A DNA stretch of 64,000 nucleotides from Haplodiscus bocki (Eukaryota): contig OZ296658.1 in assembly GCA_965655095.1 (NCBI GenBank), forward strand, positions 69,130,001 through 69,194,000, read 5' to 3'. This document shows, one piece after another, positions 63,896 to 64,000 of this stretch. Under the pieces are notes generated by a model that saw only the letters and a list, made by a program, of their open reading frames with translations, had not been told where the DNA came from and did not search any database. The position numbers and the translations under genes are program-made. The stretch's first letter is position 1; each line of letters starts with the position of its first letter.

Positions 63896-64000
63896 TTACT
63901 TAGTAAAAATCTGACTTTTATTACGACCGCAAATACCACAAGTACCCTTAATAACTTTAACTAGTTTTTTAGTCTTGGGGTTTCTCTTTTCATATTGAGT
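63896..64000 (-). CDS. Small basic Zn-ribbon protein (DUF5679-like), 3' part
   Basis: KRNPKTKKLVKVIKGTCGICGRNKSQIFTK*; a decayed homologue lies at ~5250-5420. Confidence 0.55.
   Translation of the reverse strand, partial: TQYEKRNPKTKKLVKVIKGTCGICGRNKSQIFTK

Larger units (their letters stand above)
60156..64000 (-). mobile_element. Polinton/adintovirus-like relic, copy D (same family as copy A); continues past the right edge
   Basis: Collinear with ~1400-5400: pPolB N-terminus, small ORFs, integrase, HNH, core-like protein, Zn-ribbon protein. Confidence 0.88.

Overview
AT-rich, intron-containing eukaryotic (probably animal) DNA made almost entirely of nested, decayed mobile elements, with a 200-N scaffold gap at 59956-60155. 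In order: (1) a pseudogenised Polinton/Maverick (adintovirus-like) element at 1-~12.6 kb with pPolB, rve integrase, HNH nuclease, core-like and membrane proteins, fibre-like protein, adenain protease, double-jelly-roll capsid and A32 ATPase; (2) a more eroded Polinton-like relic at ~12.7-26.6 kb, interrupted by a young 5'-truncated LINE that is flanked by a ~195-bp direct repeat and whose 3' 1.3 kb is triplicated; (3) a Ty3/gypsy retroelement with an F-type env and a TARG1/OARD1-like macrodomain inside pol, between RNase H and integrase (the most interesting object here); (4) a second, decayed gypsy element; (5) a CCCGGG-ended TIR element; (6) a multi-exon + strand gene with a ZU5-like segment, with two exons each split by a 2.3-kb solo LTR of one family, in opposite orientations; (7) another eroded pPolB relic and, after the gap, a second copy of the first Polinton family. 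Nearly all element coding relics lie on the minus strand. All calls come from manual motif reading; no searches were run, and boundaries of decayed genes are approximate.
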